A DNA stretch of 64,000 nucleotides from a virus (Duplodnaviria; Caudoviricetes): positions 77,936 through 141,935 of IMG/VR virus record IMGVR_UViG_3300021399_000111; one strand, given 5' to 3'. Each line of letters starts with the position of its first letter. Within the stretch, counting starts at the first letter, position 1. This document shows positions 40,008 to 51,300 of the stretch, piece after piece. Position numbers and translations under genes: made by a program. The notes under the pieces are model-generated. The model saw only the letters and a program-made list of their open reading frames with translations, was not told the origin of the DNA and ran no database searches.

Positions 40008-40081
40008 TCGGGAAGAGGGGACTTGAACCCCCAGCCTTTGGTTTATAAGACCACTGCGCTAACCTGTTGCGCCACTTCCCA
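40008..40081 (-). tRNA. tRNA-Ile(TAT)
   Basis: GTGGT-CTTATAA-ACCAA. Confidence 0.88.
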
Positions 40082-40084
40082 GTA

Positions 40085-40155
40085 TTGGGCATAATGGAAT
40101 CGAACCATTATTACCTCCTTATCAGAGAGGCTTCCTACCTTTGAAAGAATGCCCA
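40085..40155 (-). tRNA. tRNA-Ile(GAT)
   Basis: CCTCT-CTGATAA-GGAGG. Confidence 0.9.
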
Positions 40156-40156
40156 G

Positions 40157-40228
40157 TCAAGCGTCTGGGAATCGAACCCAGATTAACAGATTAGAAGTCT
40201 ATTGTTCTTTCCATTAGACTAACGCTTG
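40157..40228 (-). tRNA. tRNA-Arg(TCT)
   Basis: ATAGA-CTTCTAA-TCTGT. Confidence 0.92.
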
Positions 40229-40254
40229 ATTACAAAGTAAATATCATTCATTCA

Positions 40255-40296
40255 CTTTGTATATATATTATATCAAAATTTTTATTAAAAATCAAA
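40255..40296 (-). promoter_or_regulatory. Example of the pervasive sigmaA-type early promoter (TTGAYT-N17-TATAAT, often extended -10, followed by ATATAYA); drives the tRNA operon
   Basis: Same element precedes many genes, e.g. near 3060, 8630, 10195, 15105, 35770, 37690, 40915, 45255, 46435, 48255. Confidence 0.85.
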
Positions 40297-40600
40297 TAAG
40301 GAAATTTTTATTTCGAGCAATCTTGTTTATATATAAAACAAAAGCATGCATATTAGAATAATGGTTTTTGTCCCAGTGATATAACAAAGTTTTTCCATCA
40401 AAACTAATATGATCTGGTTTATAGTTCTCAATAAGCCACTTAATAAAATCTACTGGTGCCATATTAAGAAGCCTTGCGGGAACCCACCAATAACCGCTGA
40501 TTCCCGCTAAATCATTAACATCATTACAATGCCAGCCAGATGCACTCTCCCATTCTGTATACTTTAGGATATGTTTGCTCATTTTAAATTCCCAATGCAT
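40292..40600 (-). CDS. Hypothetical protein
   Basis: ORF in operon. Confidence 0.7.
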   Translation of the reverse strand: MHWEFKMSKHILKYTEWESASGWHCNDVNDLAGISGYWWVPARLLNMAPVDFIKWLIENYKPDHISFDGKTLLYHWDKNHYSNMHAFVLYINKIARNKNFLI

Positions 40601-40886
40601 TCATAAAATTTCTTACAGTTTCTAACTCTTCATCTGTTGGTGCTGTCACATTCTGCGGCGGCGCATCACTAAAATCGATTCTCCCAGAACTAACCTGAGG
40701 AGCTACAGGGCTGCCGCCTCCCACATTTTCCTTTGCACAAGTTAATGCAATTTTGATTTCAATAGGCTCACCATTCTCCACGATTGGAATTCGAATCTCT
40801 TTACCATCATTCCAAACAAAAGCACCATCAAAAGTATCTAAAATCTTCTGCGTAATAATCTGCTTACTTTCTGCGCCCTTTGCCAT
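40584..40886 (-). CDS. Hypothetical protein
   Basis: Promoter and GAAAGTGAGG leader. Confidence 0.75.
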   Translation of the reverse strand: MAKGAESKQIITQKILDTFDGAFVWNDGKEIRIPIVENGEPIEIKIALTCAKENVGGGSPVAPQVSSGRIDFSDAPPQNVTAPTDEELETVRNFMNALGI

Positions 40887-40940
40887 GTCTTATCTTTTCC
40901 TCACTTTCTATATATATTATAACAAAAATTTTATAAAAAA

Positions 40941-41792
40941 TCAAAAGCATTGCCTGAGGCAATCCGTACAAACATAATAATCTCCATACATATCTTTTAC
41001 ATGATGTTTGTCATTATGATTAAGAGAACTTCCGCATATTGCACATTTTGTACTATCACCGCGGGAAGGGAAAATATTATAGTAAATTGCAGAGCGATCC
41101 GCTATATACTCAAACTTAGGAATTCCTGATGCAGCAAATTCAAGAATTCCGCAAACTCTATCGAAAGTACTTTCTAACCAATCTGTATGTAATAATTCAA
41201 TATTCTGATGTTCATTTTCATAGCCAACAGAAAGATTAACTGCCGCAATATTCCATGCGGGAGCCAAAAAACTAATATCTGAATAACTACCCCATGCAGA
41301 TTTAAAACCAAATGACTCGATAAATTGTGTAAATGATGCATTATTACAATTATAAAAAACGCAATCATTTTTACCGCGTCTATCTAACTGAATTATTGCA
41401 TGCAAATTTTCCAAAGGGCATTTTGGTTTTTCTGAGACGAGGTTCTGGGCCCCCAGCGCCCCAAGCTCCTCATCACAAGTAAAAATAATTGAAGGTCTAT
41501 ATCCTTGTTCAATTATTTGCACAATAAGATAAACACCAGCTCGATCATCTGCTCCTAATAACTGCGGAGACCACATTACCTTTTTACTTTTGTCATAATA
41601 AATATCAGTAGGCGGAATGGATTCTACTGTGTCTAAGTGAGCCACTAAAGCAATTTGTAATTCACCTTGTGCATAAATATAATCTTCACCATCAACAACT
41701 GTATTATAGTATCTTTGTAAAAAATTCTTAAGTGTCGCTTTCAGTTGTTCCTGAGTCATCTTGCAAATTGTTTCCATCAAGGTCGTGTTCAT
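40941..41792 (-). CDS. Zinc-dependent peptidase/amidohydrolase (M20/M28-like)
   Basis: AHLDTV, LGADDRAG, DEE.G..G, DRRG, SD, GY.NEH motifs. Confidence 0.85.
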   Translation of the reverse strand: MNTTLMETICKMTQEQLKATLKNFLQRYYNTVVDGEDYIYAQGELQIALVAHLDTVESIPPTDIYYDKSKKVMWSPQLLGADDRAGVYLIVQIIEQGYRPSIIFTCDEELGALGAQNLVSEKPKCPLENLHAIIQLDRRGKNDCVFYNCNNASFTQFIESFGFKSAWGSYSDISFLAPAWNIAAVNLSVGYENEHQNIELLHTDWLESTFDRVCGILEFAASGIPKFEYIADRSAIYYNIFPSRGDSTKCAICGSSLNHNDKHHVKDMYGDYYVCTDCLRQCF

Positions 41793-42594
41793 ATACTCTT
41801 TTCTTCCTCTTTAATTTAAGTTCTTTTACTTCTAAAGTAGCTGCCGCACTTTTAATGTGATCACAAATATGGCATTGATCATATGCACATTCTTTTCTAC
41901 AGCGAGTCCTCGCTGCTCCAAAGATTGGCATAATTCGAGTATTATCAATGTCATCATTTAACTCAAGAATAATATCTTGAAGTCTTCCTTGCCAACGACC
42001 ATCGTGATAAATATCGTACAAAACAGGTTGTTTATCAATTGGACCCCAAAATTCTAACACATCAACATAAGGTTCATAAACCACAACATCATCGGGACGA
42101 ATAAAGAATGTCTTTAAATTCGGTGTTAAAAATTTGCTACTAGATTGCGCCACATTAGGATAAACTCTAATAGCAATTCCTTTTGCTTTGCAAATAGGAG
42201 AAATTCTTTCAAGATAAAAACCTAATTCATTGGCGACATAGATATCACTTACACCACAATTAATAACGCCTTCAAAATCATCAAGAGAAGAAATGGGTTC
42301 AATAAAAAAATATGGAAGATTGCATTCATAGAAATCAAATTTACGCTGAGGATGTAATGTTCTAGATATTATAAATGCAATGTTTTTATGTGCGGAGGCC
42401 GCCGCATTAAAGATTTCATAATCGAGGTATTCTAAATCAACTTCACAAGTATTTACAATTAATCTCTGCTCTTGTGGAAGCTCTTGCGCAAATCGAATAA
42501 GATCTTTTTCTCCACTTTCAGTATATTTAATTATAATTTCGTCTGCCTTAGGCAAGACTCTACAATTCCTATAAAAATTTATAGCGTATTTCAT
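41728..42594 (-). CDS. Hypothetical protein, possibly peptidase U32-like with C-terminal Cys cluster
   Basis: FFIRP.D...Y, R..C...C...C..C; family assignment tentative. Confidence 0.5.
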   Translation of the reverse strand: MKYAINFYRNCRVLPKADEIIIKYTESGEKDLIRFAQELPQEQRLIVNTCEVDLEYLDYEIFNAAASAHKNIAFIISRTLHPQRKFDFYECNLPYFFIEPISSLDDFEGVINCGVSDIYVANELGFYLERISPICKAKGIAIRVYPNVAQSSSKFLTPNLKTFFIRPDDVVVYEPYVDVLEFWGPIDKQPVLYDIYHDGRWQGRLQDIILELNDDIDNTRIMPIFGAARTRCRKECAYDQCHICDHIKSAAATLEVKELKLKRKKRVYEHDLDGNNLQDDSGTTESDT

Positions 42595-42695
42595 GTATAT
42601 AAAACTCCTTTTTATTTCTTAATAATATTATAACAAAAAATTGGCGGAAAGTCAACCCGACCTTCCGCCAACCTTTATGTTCAATACTATTTATA

Positions 42696-43088
42696 TTACT
42701 CCTCGGGGAGCTTATAAACCATTCTCTTCTTGCCATCCTCGGTCTTGGCAGGGCTCTTCACGATAGAGCCGTCCTTCTCAAGCTGGGTCAGCCGAGCGAT
42801 AACCTTGGCACGAGTCACTTCCTCGTCGTTGATTGCGGCAACGATGTCATCCGCAGTCTGCCACTCGTCAGTTACCTGAGCAAGCACATTAGCCTTCAGC
42901 TCATCACCAGCCGCCTTCTTCTTCGCAGCCTGCTCCTTTGCCTTCACCGCCTTAGCATCGATCTGCGCGACCTGCTTATCAATGAACTCCAGGACCTCGT
43001 CGGCAGTGAACTCACCAACCGCATCAGAATTCTCGACCATTACTCTCAGTGCATTGAAATAATCTCTCTTAGTTGCCTTCTTTTCCAT
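42696..43088 (-). CDS. Winged-HTH DNA-binding protein (family A, copy 1)
   Basis: T..DYF...FID..LD.K..; C-terminal wHTH; strong codon bias. Confidence 0.7.
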   Translation of the reverse strand: MEKKATKRDYFNALRVMVENSDAVGEFTADEVLEFIDKQVAQIDAKAVKAKEQAAKKKAAGDELKANVLAQVTDEWQTADDIVAAINDEEVTRAKVIARLTQLEKDGSIVKSPAKTEDGKKRMVYKLPEE

Positions 43089-43243
43089 TTTCTTTTCTCC
43101 TTTTTACTATTGTTTTTTGTTTTTTCTTTACTTTCTATATATATTATAGCAAAATCTTTTTTAAAAGTCAAGGAATTTTTTATTTTTATTTTTTATTTTA
43201 AAAACTTCCTTTCCTTTCTTACAAATACATTATATCAAAATTT

Positions 43244-44983
43244 TTATTGAAAATCAAATATTGGTTCTGCAAGATTACGAGTTGCGGGTTTCAATCCAGT
43301 TGTAATATGCTGTTTAACAAAATCACTAGTTGGTGAATAGACTTCTTTACTAAAAACCCCATCATAATCATCATCAAAACAATCTGTGTATGTCATTTTT
43401 TGAAAAAGATCATTAGGAGTTTTAAGTAACTTTTCAGCGCAAGCAGGACAGCATTGATATGCAACCATTGAATTTTCAACAAAATTAGAACCTCCTCTTA
43501 CATAGAGTAATTCTCCATAATGATATTCACTTTCATTATAGCGTCTCTCTGCGGTAAGGCAATCTTCTGTTAAGCGAATAAAAGGCGTTTTTTGCGGAGT
43601 CCATCTTGTTTTTTGAATAAAAGGCTTCCCGCAATCAGGACAAATTTTTACTAACTTATCCCAACACTCTTGACAGATTTTTCTCCCATTAAGATGTCCG
43701 ACTAATAAATCTTTAGACACACAATTGCATACATCACAGATAAAATACTCTAGGCAATCTTCGCATACTAACTGACTAGTATCGGTATATCTTTCATTAT
43801 AGTCATCTTCTTCGTAAAAATCTGAACTTCGCTTAAGTGCTTCTTTTCCACAACAAAGACAGGGTGCTTTGCCAGAATATCTAATAATAGTATTCTTTTT
43901 AACCTTATTTCTTACGCAGTAATAGTGGGTAGCCGCATGATCATTAAGCATATCATTATACATACCTCTTGTATCGAAGATAATGTTATGCTTCTTAACA
44001 TTACCATACCTAATCCAACGGCGGTTTTGCTCCATACGATAATTAGTACCAATGTGCGCCATATCTTGATACTCTTCAATACCATATTCATAAGTATGGT
44101 TCCAATTCACTTCTGCAAGATGGCGGAGTTCTTTTAAAATGGTTTCAGTCATTTGATAGTTCTGAAATGGATATGCCTTCCCGCTTACAATGATTTCTTT
44201 AGTGCAATAAAAAAGCTGCCGCCATTTCTTATTATTCCATGTATCTTCATAACCAGGCTTACCAAATGAAAAATCAGAACTACTTTCGAGATAGGCACAA
44301 ATAACATTATTAGAATTCATCATTTCTACAGTGCCAATTCTATAGCATCCATCCTCCATCCAGCTCATACAAGATTGCCAAGAACTATCATTGTCACTCA
44401 TTGTTAAAAAGTCTAAAGGATGAATAGATAAGCATAAATCCCCATGGAGCGTTTTTTCATTCAAAATCATTGAATGTTTAATGCGGATTCGCTCAAACTC
44501 TTTCTGTATTTCTTGGTCATCTGGGAGAAGGTAGTTAATTACTTTTGAAATTGCTCTTATAGGCTTCATCCCAATTTGGATTTGAAGAGTTCTATTTCTT
44601 GAAGGCAATTTAATTTTAATAGGATATTCTACTTTATCATTCACAAAAGTGGAAACATTATACAATCTATTTATAAGTCTCTTTTCTTCATCAGAAAGAG
44701 CATCTATCTTAGCTATAGCTAAAACTAATTTATCCCAAAAGCCATCTCCCGCCAATCCCGTAAGTAATGTATCTAATTCATCATTAGAAAACTCATAGGT
44801 AAAAGGAATCTTATGAATTAATTTACCGCCCAATAAATGAAATAACTTCTTATTAGATTCCGCCCAACATTTTAAATATTCATCATTTCCGATATATACC
44901 TGTTCAGGAACTCCATAAGAACATATAAAATTTTTAATTTTTCTATTATCTTCTTCTGTTAAATAATCAAAAAGATTAAGCAT
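43244..44983 (-). CDS. Large Cys-rich hypothetical phage protein
   Basis: SIHPLDFLTMS...W.SC motif; several CxxC pairs. Confidence 0.75.
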   Translation of the reverse strand: MLNLFDYLTEEDNRKIKNFICSYGVPEQVYIGNDEYLKCWAESNKKLFHLLGGKLIHKIPFTYEFSNDELDTLLTGLAGDGFWDKLVLAIAKIDALSDEEKRLINRLYNVSTFVNDKVEYPIKIKLPSRNRTLQIQIGMKPIRAISKVINYLLPDDQEIQKEFERIRIKHSMILNEKTLHGDLCLSIHPLDFLTMSDNDSSWQSCMSWMEDGCYRIGTVEMMNSNNVICAYLESSSDFSFGKPGYEDTWNNKKWRQLFYCTKEIIVSGKAYPFQNYQMTETILKELRHLAEVNWNHTYEYGIEEYQDMAHIGTNYRMEQNRRWIRYGNVKKHNIIFDTRGMYNDMLNDHAATHYYCVRNKVKKNTIIRYSGKAPCLCCGKEALKRSSDFYEEDDYNERYTDTSQLVCEDCLEYFICDVCNCVSKDLLVGHLNGRKICQECWDKLVKICPDCGKPFIQKTRWTPQKTPFIRLTEDCLTAERRYNESEYHYGELLYVRGGSNFVENSMVAYQCCPACAEKLLKTPNDLFQKMTYTDCFDDDYDGVFSKEVYSPTSDFVKQHITTGLKPATRNLAEPIFDFQ

Positions 44984-45243
44984 TAGTTTTTAGCTCCTTG
45001 CTGTTCCCAGATTTCTGATACTCTTGTTTGGATTCTCCTTTTGTCATAATCAGTGAGATCTCCAGGATTGATCCCTGTTTCTAGGTATACTGTTTGTTCA
45101 ATATCATTAGGATGATACCCACAAGCAATATAATCAGCGAAAGTTTTGATAATTTTATCTGCTGCTTCATCACTATTCATTACATAATAGTCAAAAGCAG
45201 GACCTAATCCAGTGATATTAAACATGACATTCTCTCTCCTCAT
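44983..45243 (-). CDS. Hypothetical protein
   Basis: Promoter and RBS. Confidence 0.65.
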   Translation of the reverse strand: MRRENVMFNITGLGPAFDYYVMNSDEAADKIIKTFADYIACGYHPNDIEQTVYLETGINPGDLTDYDKRRIQTRVSEIWEQQGAKN

Positions 45244-45495
45244 TTTCTATAAATATTATATCATAATTTTTATAAAAAATCAAAAAAGTGCGGCGGGCCA
45301 GCCTTGGGATCTCACTGGCTGCCGCCACCTTCTTTTTTAACAATAGGAATAAAGAATTCACATTCCTTAATATTTGGATTATAGAATTCACTAACGGTGT
45401 AGATACCGGGGCCGTGAGACCGGCCCCTCTCACACTCCTCTTTATGAGGACAGTTGGTTGAATTACAAAGACAAATATCATATTCAAACATTATA

Positions 45496-46413
45496 TTATC
45501 CTTCTCTCATTTTGCATCTAGTCATAACAGTTACATGAGCATTATCTTCATACTTATCTTCGATTAAATCCTTAATCGTACCAGATAAGAGTAATTTCTC
45601 TCCTTCCTCAAAAGGGATCTGCACTGCGGTAAACCATTTAATAATTGAGCCTTCTTCGGTTTCAAAAACAACAATTTGAGAATACCCAAATTTGCTAGTA
45701 AAACCAATCACTTTGTTAAGAGTGACAGGAAGGTCAGTGATTTTATCTTTGACTTCACCAATCCACTGAGATTCATGCTCAGGACGCGGGCGGGCTGCTT
45801 TCATGATGCTAGCAACCTTGTCTTTTGCACCCTCAATATAGTGTGCATCTCCCCAAGCAGACACTTCCGCAATATCACGAAGTGCAATTTCAACAACCTT
45901 ATCTTCATATCCTTCAGGGACTTCCGCAATATGCCAAAGTAGAGTGTAATCAAAGACAAAACCGACTTCTTTGAGCTGCTCTTTGACATTAAAGCTATCC
46001 GCAGGAAAATATGCAAAAGTAGTTTCATTCTGGTTGAAGCCATGCTCATTAAGCCATTTCTTATGCTTTTCCGCAAACTCTTTCTTCATCTTCTCTTCAC
46101 GCTCTTGTTCTTTCTTTTCAGAAGCTCGTGCATTTGCCTGTTCCATCTTTTCATACTCGGTATCGGTGTAGAGGCGAATTTCCTTGGTAATATATTTTGC
46201 CCCTTTACATTGATAACAAATTCCTTGATCTACAGGAATTGGAATTAATCTATCATTTTCAACTCTAGCAACAATAATTCCAAGACCGCCACATCTAGGA
46301 CATTTTGTTCTTGCTTTTGTATAAAGTTTTCCACTCTTTTCAAAAGGCTCTCCAATTCTTTCCCAATTTTTATAAGTTTTTGCGGTCATTAATTTTCTTT
46401 CCATAAAAATCAC
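45496..46413 (-). CDS. Zn-ribbon plus OB-fold-like protein
   Basis: CPRCGG.G..CYQC.G; C-terminal GTIK....Y....T..TRC. Confidence 0.65.
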   Translation of the reverse strand: MIFMERKLMTAKTYKNWERIGEPFEKSGKLYTKARTKCPRCGGLGIIVARVENDRLIPIPVDQGICYQCKGAKYITKEIRLYTDTEYEKMEQANARASEKKEQEREEKMKKEFAEKHKKWLNEHGFNQNETTFAYFPADSFNVKEQLKEVGFVFDYTLLWHIAEVPEGYEDKVVEIALRDIAEVSAWGDAHYIEGAKDKVASIMKAARPRPEHESQWIGEVKDKITDLPVTLNKVIGFTSKFGYSQIVVFETEEGSIIKWFTAVQIPFEEGEKLLLSGTIKDLIEDKYEDNAHVTVMTRCKMREG

Positions 46414-46492
46414 CCCTCTCTTTATCTTACATATATATTATATCAAAAATTTTATAAAAAATAAAGTGGGCGGTATATACCGCCCACCCGCA

Positions 46493-46987
46493 TCAATAGG
46501 AATCTTCAAAATAAATATTAAAATCGTTGATGGTGATAGGATCTTCTTCATCCTCTTCCTCTTCCGTAAGCGCAATAAGGAATTCCCTGATAAGGAAGAT
46601 CTGATTAGCAAGAGAACGAATTGCTACATGCCAATCCCAAATACAACCACCATCATAAAAACCATTATTTTCAAGGACTTCGTTCCAATTATCTTCATTA
46701 AGGAAGAACTTAAGAACATTAATAACCCGCTCAAGATCCTCTTTGGAGTCAAAATACATTTCTCCACCCTGACCATCGTATTCTTTGTCTTTGAAAGTGT
46801 CAAGGATCATTCTGCGGATATTATAGCATTTCCGCCAATAGGCAAATTCATATGCAGTAATACCTTCTGCATTTACATAACTATCCATATTCGGATAAAT
46901 AGCATTAACAAACTCCTCAAGCCACTCTTCAGCACGATGATTCTTAGCTTCCACATAAATACCATTATCAAGTCCCATATTTATCAA
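46493..46987 (-). CDS. Hypothetical phage protein
   Basis: MGLD...YWRK...DSY pattern. Confidence 0.75.
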   Translation of the reverse strand: MINMGLDNGIYVEAKNHRAEEWLEEFVNAIYPNMDSYVNAEGITAYEFAYWRKCYNIRRMILDTFKDKEYDGQGGEMYFDSKEDLERVINVLKFFLNEDNWNEVLENNGFYDGGCIWDWHVAIRSLANQIFLIREFLIALTEEEEDEEDPITINDFNIYFEDSY

Positions 46988-47000
46988 CCTCCCTCTTTAC

Positions 47001-47201
47001 TTAAATGCTCATCATGCGGTGAACTTCATAATCAGTATGAAGGTCTCCCGCATTAACGAAATCCTGGATCAGACCCATATCCACGATAGTGGTGGAGCCT
47101 CCATTGTCAGAAGGGATCCGCATACCAATATCAAGGATTGCCAGAGATTCAAAACTGGTTTTAGTTCCCATGTCATCAATGCACCAATAAATAAAAGTCA
47201 T
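47001..47201 (-). CDS. Hypothetical protein
   Basis: Promoter and RBS. Confidence 0.6.
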   Translation of the reverse strand: MTFIYWCIDDMGTKTSFESLAILDIGMRIPSDNGGSTTIVDMGLIQDFVNAGDLHTDYEVHRMMSI

Positions 47202-47256
47202 AAAACAAATCCCTCCCTTTTCTTTATCTTATATATATATTATAATATATATTTTA

Positions 47257-47481
47257 TTAATTTTCAAGTCCGAGTTCTATAATCGCCGCAAGTGTAATTA
47301 TAACGACTACATCAGAAGCAATAAAGAACAATAATGCAAAAATGGATTGAGTAGGAGTAAGAGCTATTCCGCCGTTTTGAATAGCCATTACAAGTACACC
47401 TGTAATAAAGGGGAAAAACATTAATATTAATGCGGCAGTGTATCTTCCTATTCGTGCATAAAATTTTTCCATGTCATTCAT
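47257..47481 (-). CDS. Small membrane protein
   Basis: Two hydrophobic segments. Confidence 0.65.
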   Translation of the reverse strand: MNDMEKFYARIGRYTAALILMFFPFITGVLVMAIQNGGIALTPTQSIFALLFFIASDVVVIITLAAIIELGLEN

Positions 47482-47492
47482 ATTTTTCTCTC

Positions 47493-48218
47493 CTAGTCCT
47501 CCCTATAGCCGCTGAAGTCAAGTAATACAGGGCGGCCATCTTCCGCAAATCCAATATTTCCAGTATGGAGATCCTGACTGAGATTAAAATCTCGTAAAAA
47601 AGCACAAAATTCAATTACCTTTTCAAGTCCATACCACTCAATAGCAAGAGCCATCCAATCCTTATTAATATAGACAAGTTTGCTTCTATTATCTTCATAT
47701 TTCTTTTTAGAGTCTTCTGAAGGAGTTACTTCTGTCGTTGCTTTATCAACAAATGCGGTGACCTTTTCCTGGATATAAAATTTTCGTCCATGAAAAGTCC
47801 CAAGAAGTGCGGTTTCCGCAAAGAACTCTTCAAAGCCAGCCTCTACCGCCATATTATATTTAATTAATTCATTCTCGCAATAGTCCCACTCACTAGCGAA
47901 AGAATTATAAAGATCATTTGCATATTCAAAAGGTTGAAAACTATCCTCCTCTTCATCACAATCGTAAGTCCACATGCCAGAAAAAGGGATCTTAATAACT
48001 GCATTGAGAGAATTAGGAATGATAACATATTTGGTGCATCCTTCACCAATAAAAAAGTTCTCATTGCCCATGATTTTTTCTACTTGATCGCGGACATCTT
48101 CAAATTGTGCGCAATCATCGCTATCATCATAAGGACCGAATCCCGCAGGAATATTCAGTCGAGAAGCAATTTTCTCCAGAGCAGTAATATCTTCTTTTTT
48201 AATTCTCATATTAATCAC
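47493..48218 (-). CDS. Protein-kinase-like fold enzyme
   Basis: GEGCTK, VIKIP, E, DLHTGNIG catalytic loop, LLDFSG. Confidence 0.78.
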   Translation of the reverse strand: MINMRIKKEDITALEKIASRLNIPAGFGPYDDSDDCAQFEDVRDQVEKIMGNENFFIGEGCTKYVIIPNSLNAVIKIPFSGMWTYDCDEEEDSFQPFEYANDLYNSFASEWDYCENELIKYNMAVEAGFEEFFAETALLGTFHGRKFYIQEKVTAFVDKATTEVTPSEDSKKKYEDNRSKLVYINKDWMALAIEWYGLEKVIEFCAFLRDFNLSQDLHTGNIGFAEDGRPVLLDFSGYRED

Positions 48219-48329
48219 CCCTTTTTTCTTTCTTTCCTTACTTTCTATAAATATTATATCATAAATTTTTATAAAAATAAAGGGGGCGCTAAGGCGCCCG
48301 CCATCAAGTTAAAAATTTTACTGTATTAT

Positions 48330-51300
48330 TTCGCCTTTTGATTGTTGGATGATTCAAATATTGTATATTGTATTATTTTGTTGATTTCACGGCACATTCT
48401 TCCTCGTTCGGAATCTTCTGCTTTGTACTTATCAATTATTTTTGCGATTTCTACTACAGCGGTTTCGTATGGGTTTTTTACCATGTGTGTTTCTCCTTAA
48501 TTTAATGACATTAGCCTTAGCGTCCGCCATCAGTATTGTCAGGGTCTTCCACTACATAAATAGTAAGATAATTTTTATTTTGATTAAGGAAAATGGCTTC
48601 ACCATTCTCATTCACATGAAGATACATGTCAGCGATCCACCAAGGAATATCGAGAGGAGTTCCATTAAAAACCACTTCCTCTTTCTCTTTGTCAATGTAC
48701 GCATCCATCTGGACAACTTTTACATTACAAATGAAATCAATATAAGGAATTAATTCTCTTAAAGTCATTTTATGATTTTCTTTTCTCATGTTTATTTATT
48801 CCTCCTCACCTTTTTTCTGTGGTTTAATCCATTTTTTATAGCACTCTTGAAATATCTCTTTAGTCATTACAAGTTGTATTGCATATATTCCATCACCGTA
48901 TTGCGGCAATGGTGTATAAAGAAATAATTTATCATCATCAAATCTTAATTCTGCCTCATTCATTTCTCTTTCTCTCTTTTTGCTTTTTCATATCTATATC
49001 GTTCAAAGATTTCTTCTTTGAACGCATCAACTAAGGTTTCAATATCTATATAATCGTGTAAAGTTTCCAACATTTCATAAGAGTATGCACGATTATATCT
49101 ATATATGTCATAATTAGTTAAGGATAGGTCGAGCCAACCCTTTAATACCATTTCAAATCTATTAAATTCGAACTCGATTGTCAATCCTTTATCAGCATAT
49201 TTGAGAGACAACTCTCCCAATTTACTATAGATTTTTGAGTCTTTCATATTATTTCCCACTTTCTGTCTTACATATATTGCATTTGCCATGCACTTGGTTC
49301 GTTCATTCCCCTATCTTCATGTTGCACTACAGGCTTCCATTTTGATATAAAATCTGAATAGGCTTGCTTGGTAAACTCTTTAGGCAAGTCTTGGCACGCT
49401 CTTTGTGCAAGATATGTGGCATATTCAATTTGCTTTTCAGTTGGTTTTATATTCCTCATAATGCTCCTTATACTTGTCCATATACCCTTCAATAACATCG
49501 TCATAGACCCACTCTAATGCTTCAATCCGCCCATCGTTGTAATCGCTATTTCTCCATGGAATACTGTCATATTCGGCCTTTATCTTAGATCTTATCTCTC
49601 CAAGCACTTCATAGACCTCTTGTCTAACTATATTTTTTACTGCGATTTCTAAGTATATCATTCCTTTCATACTATTTCTCTCCTTCTACCTTGCAAATCA
49701 AAATTGGTATAATTAAATACTAAATATCCAAAACAAATAAAGAAATCAAAACATTTATCTCCATTTTTTCTTTTGCCGCCATTTGATCTTATTTCCCATG
49801 CTGGTTTATAACCAGCTTCTTTCCAAGGCTTTTTATAATTAACTAAACCAATGTGTTTTGTGCCTTTACCCCACCATATATTTAAATAAACTTTATGTGT
49901 TGCCATATTATTCCTCGCTTTCTACCTTCCTCTAAAAGAAGTCTTTGTATCAAAGCCATGCATAATGATTTTGTCATTGTTCGTGGCTCCTTCCGGCTCA
50001 GTTTTTTCAGCTTCGGTCTTTTTCATAGAGAAATGCTCCTCAATGGCACTAAAGACTTCTACTGGATCCAAAAAAGCGCTGATACCGCATGCCTTCAGAA
50101 GCGGGATTGTTAGTGTTTTATGTGTCCAGTCGCCTTTATAATCTACATGCACATGCATGACACCGATATCCCGTTTGTCATTATACTCTTTATGGATGTA
50201 AGCATCCTTTAACTCATTAGCTCTCTTTCTAATGATCTCCTTTGCAGAAACTCGTCCTGGAAAAAATGGCATATACCATAAAGGGAATGTGACCAAATAA
50301 AGTCCAATCGGCACTCGCTCTGCGGAGTAGTCTTTCCATGAAATCAAAAGCTCTAGGTCATAATCTAGTACACTGCAGATAGCATGACCATCTGTTTTTG
50401 TAATTGTCAAAAGGAAAAGCCAAAATGTGGCACCGCACTGCAGCAGCAAAAATCGGAAATCCTCATCACATTTGTGGGCTAACATAGACCCAGCTTCCTT
50501 ACAAACCATCTGCTTAGTCAAAAGGAAAGATCCTCTCCTATCAAATACAATACTGTCAGTAGGGCTCTGGAGATAATCATAAAAGTCCTGATTTTTGTCT
50601 ATTATTCTCATAAATTATCCCTCACTTTCTTTTTTATTGTTGTTCAATCATGCATGCGGTATCCACAATTAGGGCAATATTTGCTATTGTAATATGTAGT
50701 TGCCAAAATCCAATATGGAGCGTGCTCTCCGCATATAGAGCATTCCCCATTGATCCACTGCCCCATCTTTGGTTGAGGCGTTACAGGCGGTAAATCTTCA
50801 ACAAATTCGGTTACCGTCATATCGGGGCCATAGAATCCATATTTAAGCATTTGCTCTTTTACTTCTTGCCTACTAACTGCGTCTTCACAAGGCTCTTGCT
50901 CTAATGCTTTGAGATTGTTGCATATAGCCTTGTTGACTTCTAACAATAACTTATCTTTATCGGATATAGGTACTTCTTCATCATCGCCGCATACATCAAA
51001 GAATTGATATATTGTCTTGTGAATTACATCCAATATTTCTTTCATTCCTTATCCTCACTTTCCCACATCTTTGCGCCACAGTTCGGGCAATATTTGTATT
51101 CTTTAACTACAGTTGCCCCACATTGGTCACACTCATACCATCTCAAAGCATCCTCTATCTCACGAAATATCCAATGTCCAATCTTTACCGGTTCTCATTC
51201 TAATGCCCTAATTTCTGCTTTTGTTGTCTGTTCTGTCAATAGACGATACAGGATATCTGCCTGTTCTCCTGACTCCATTTTCAAGACAGTGATTTTGCCA

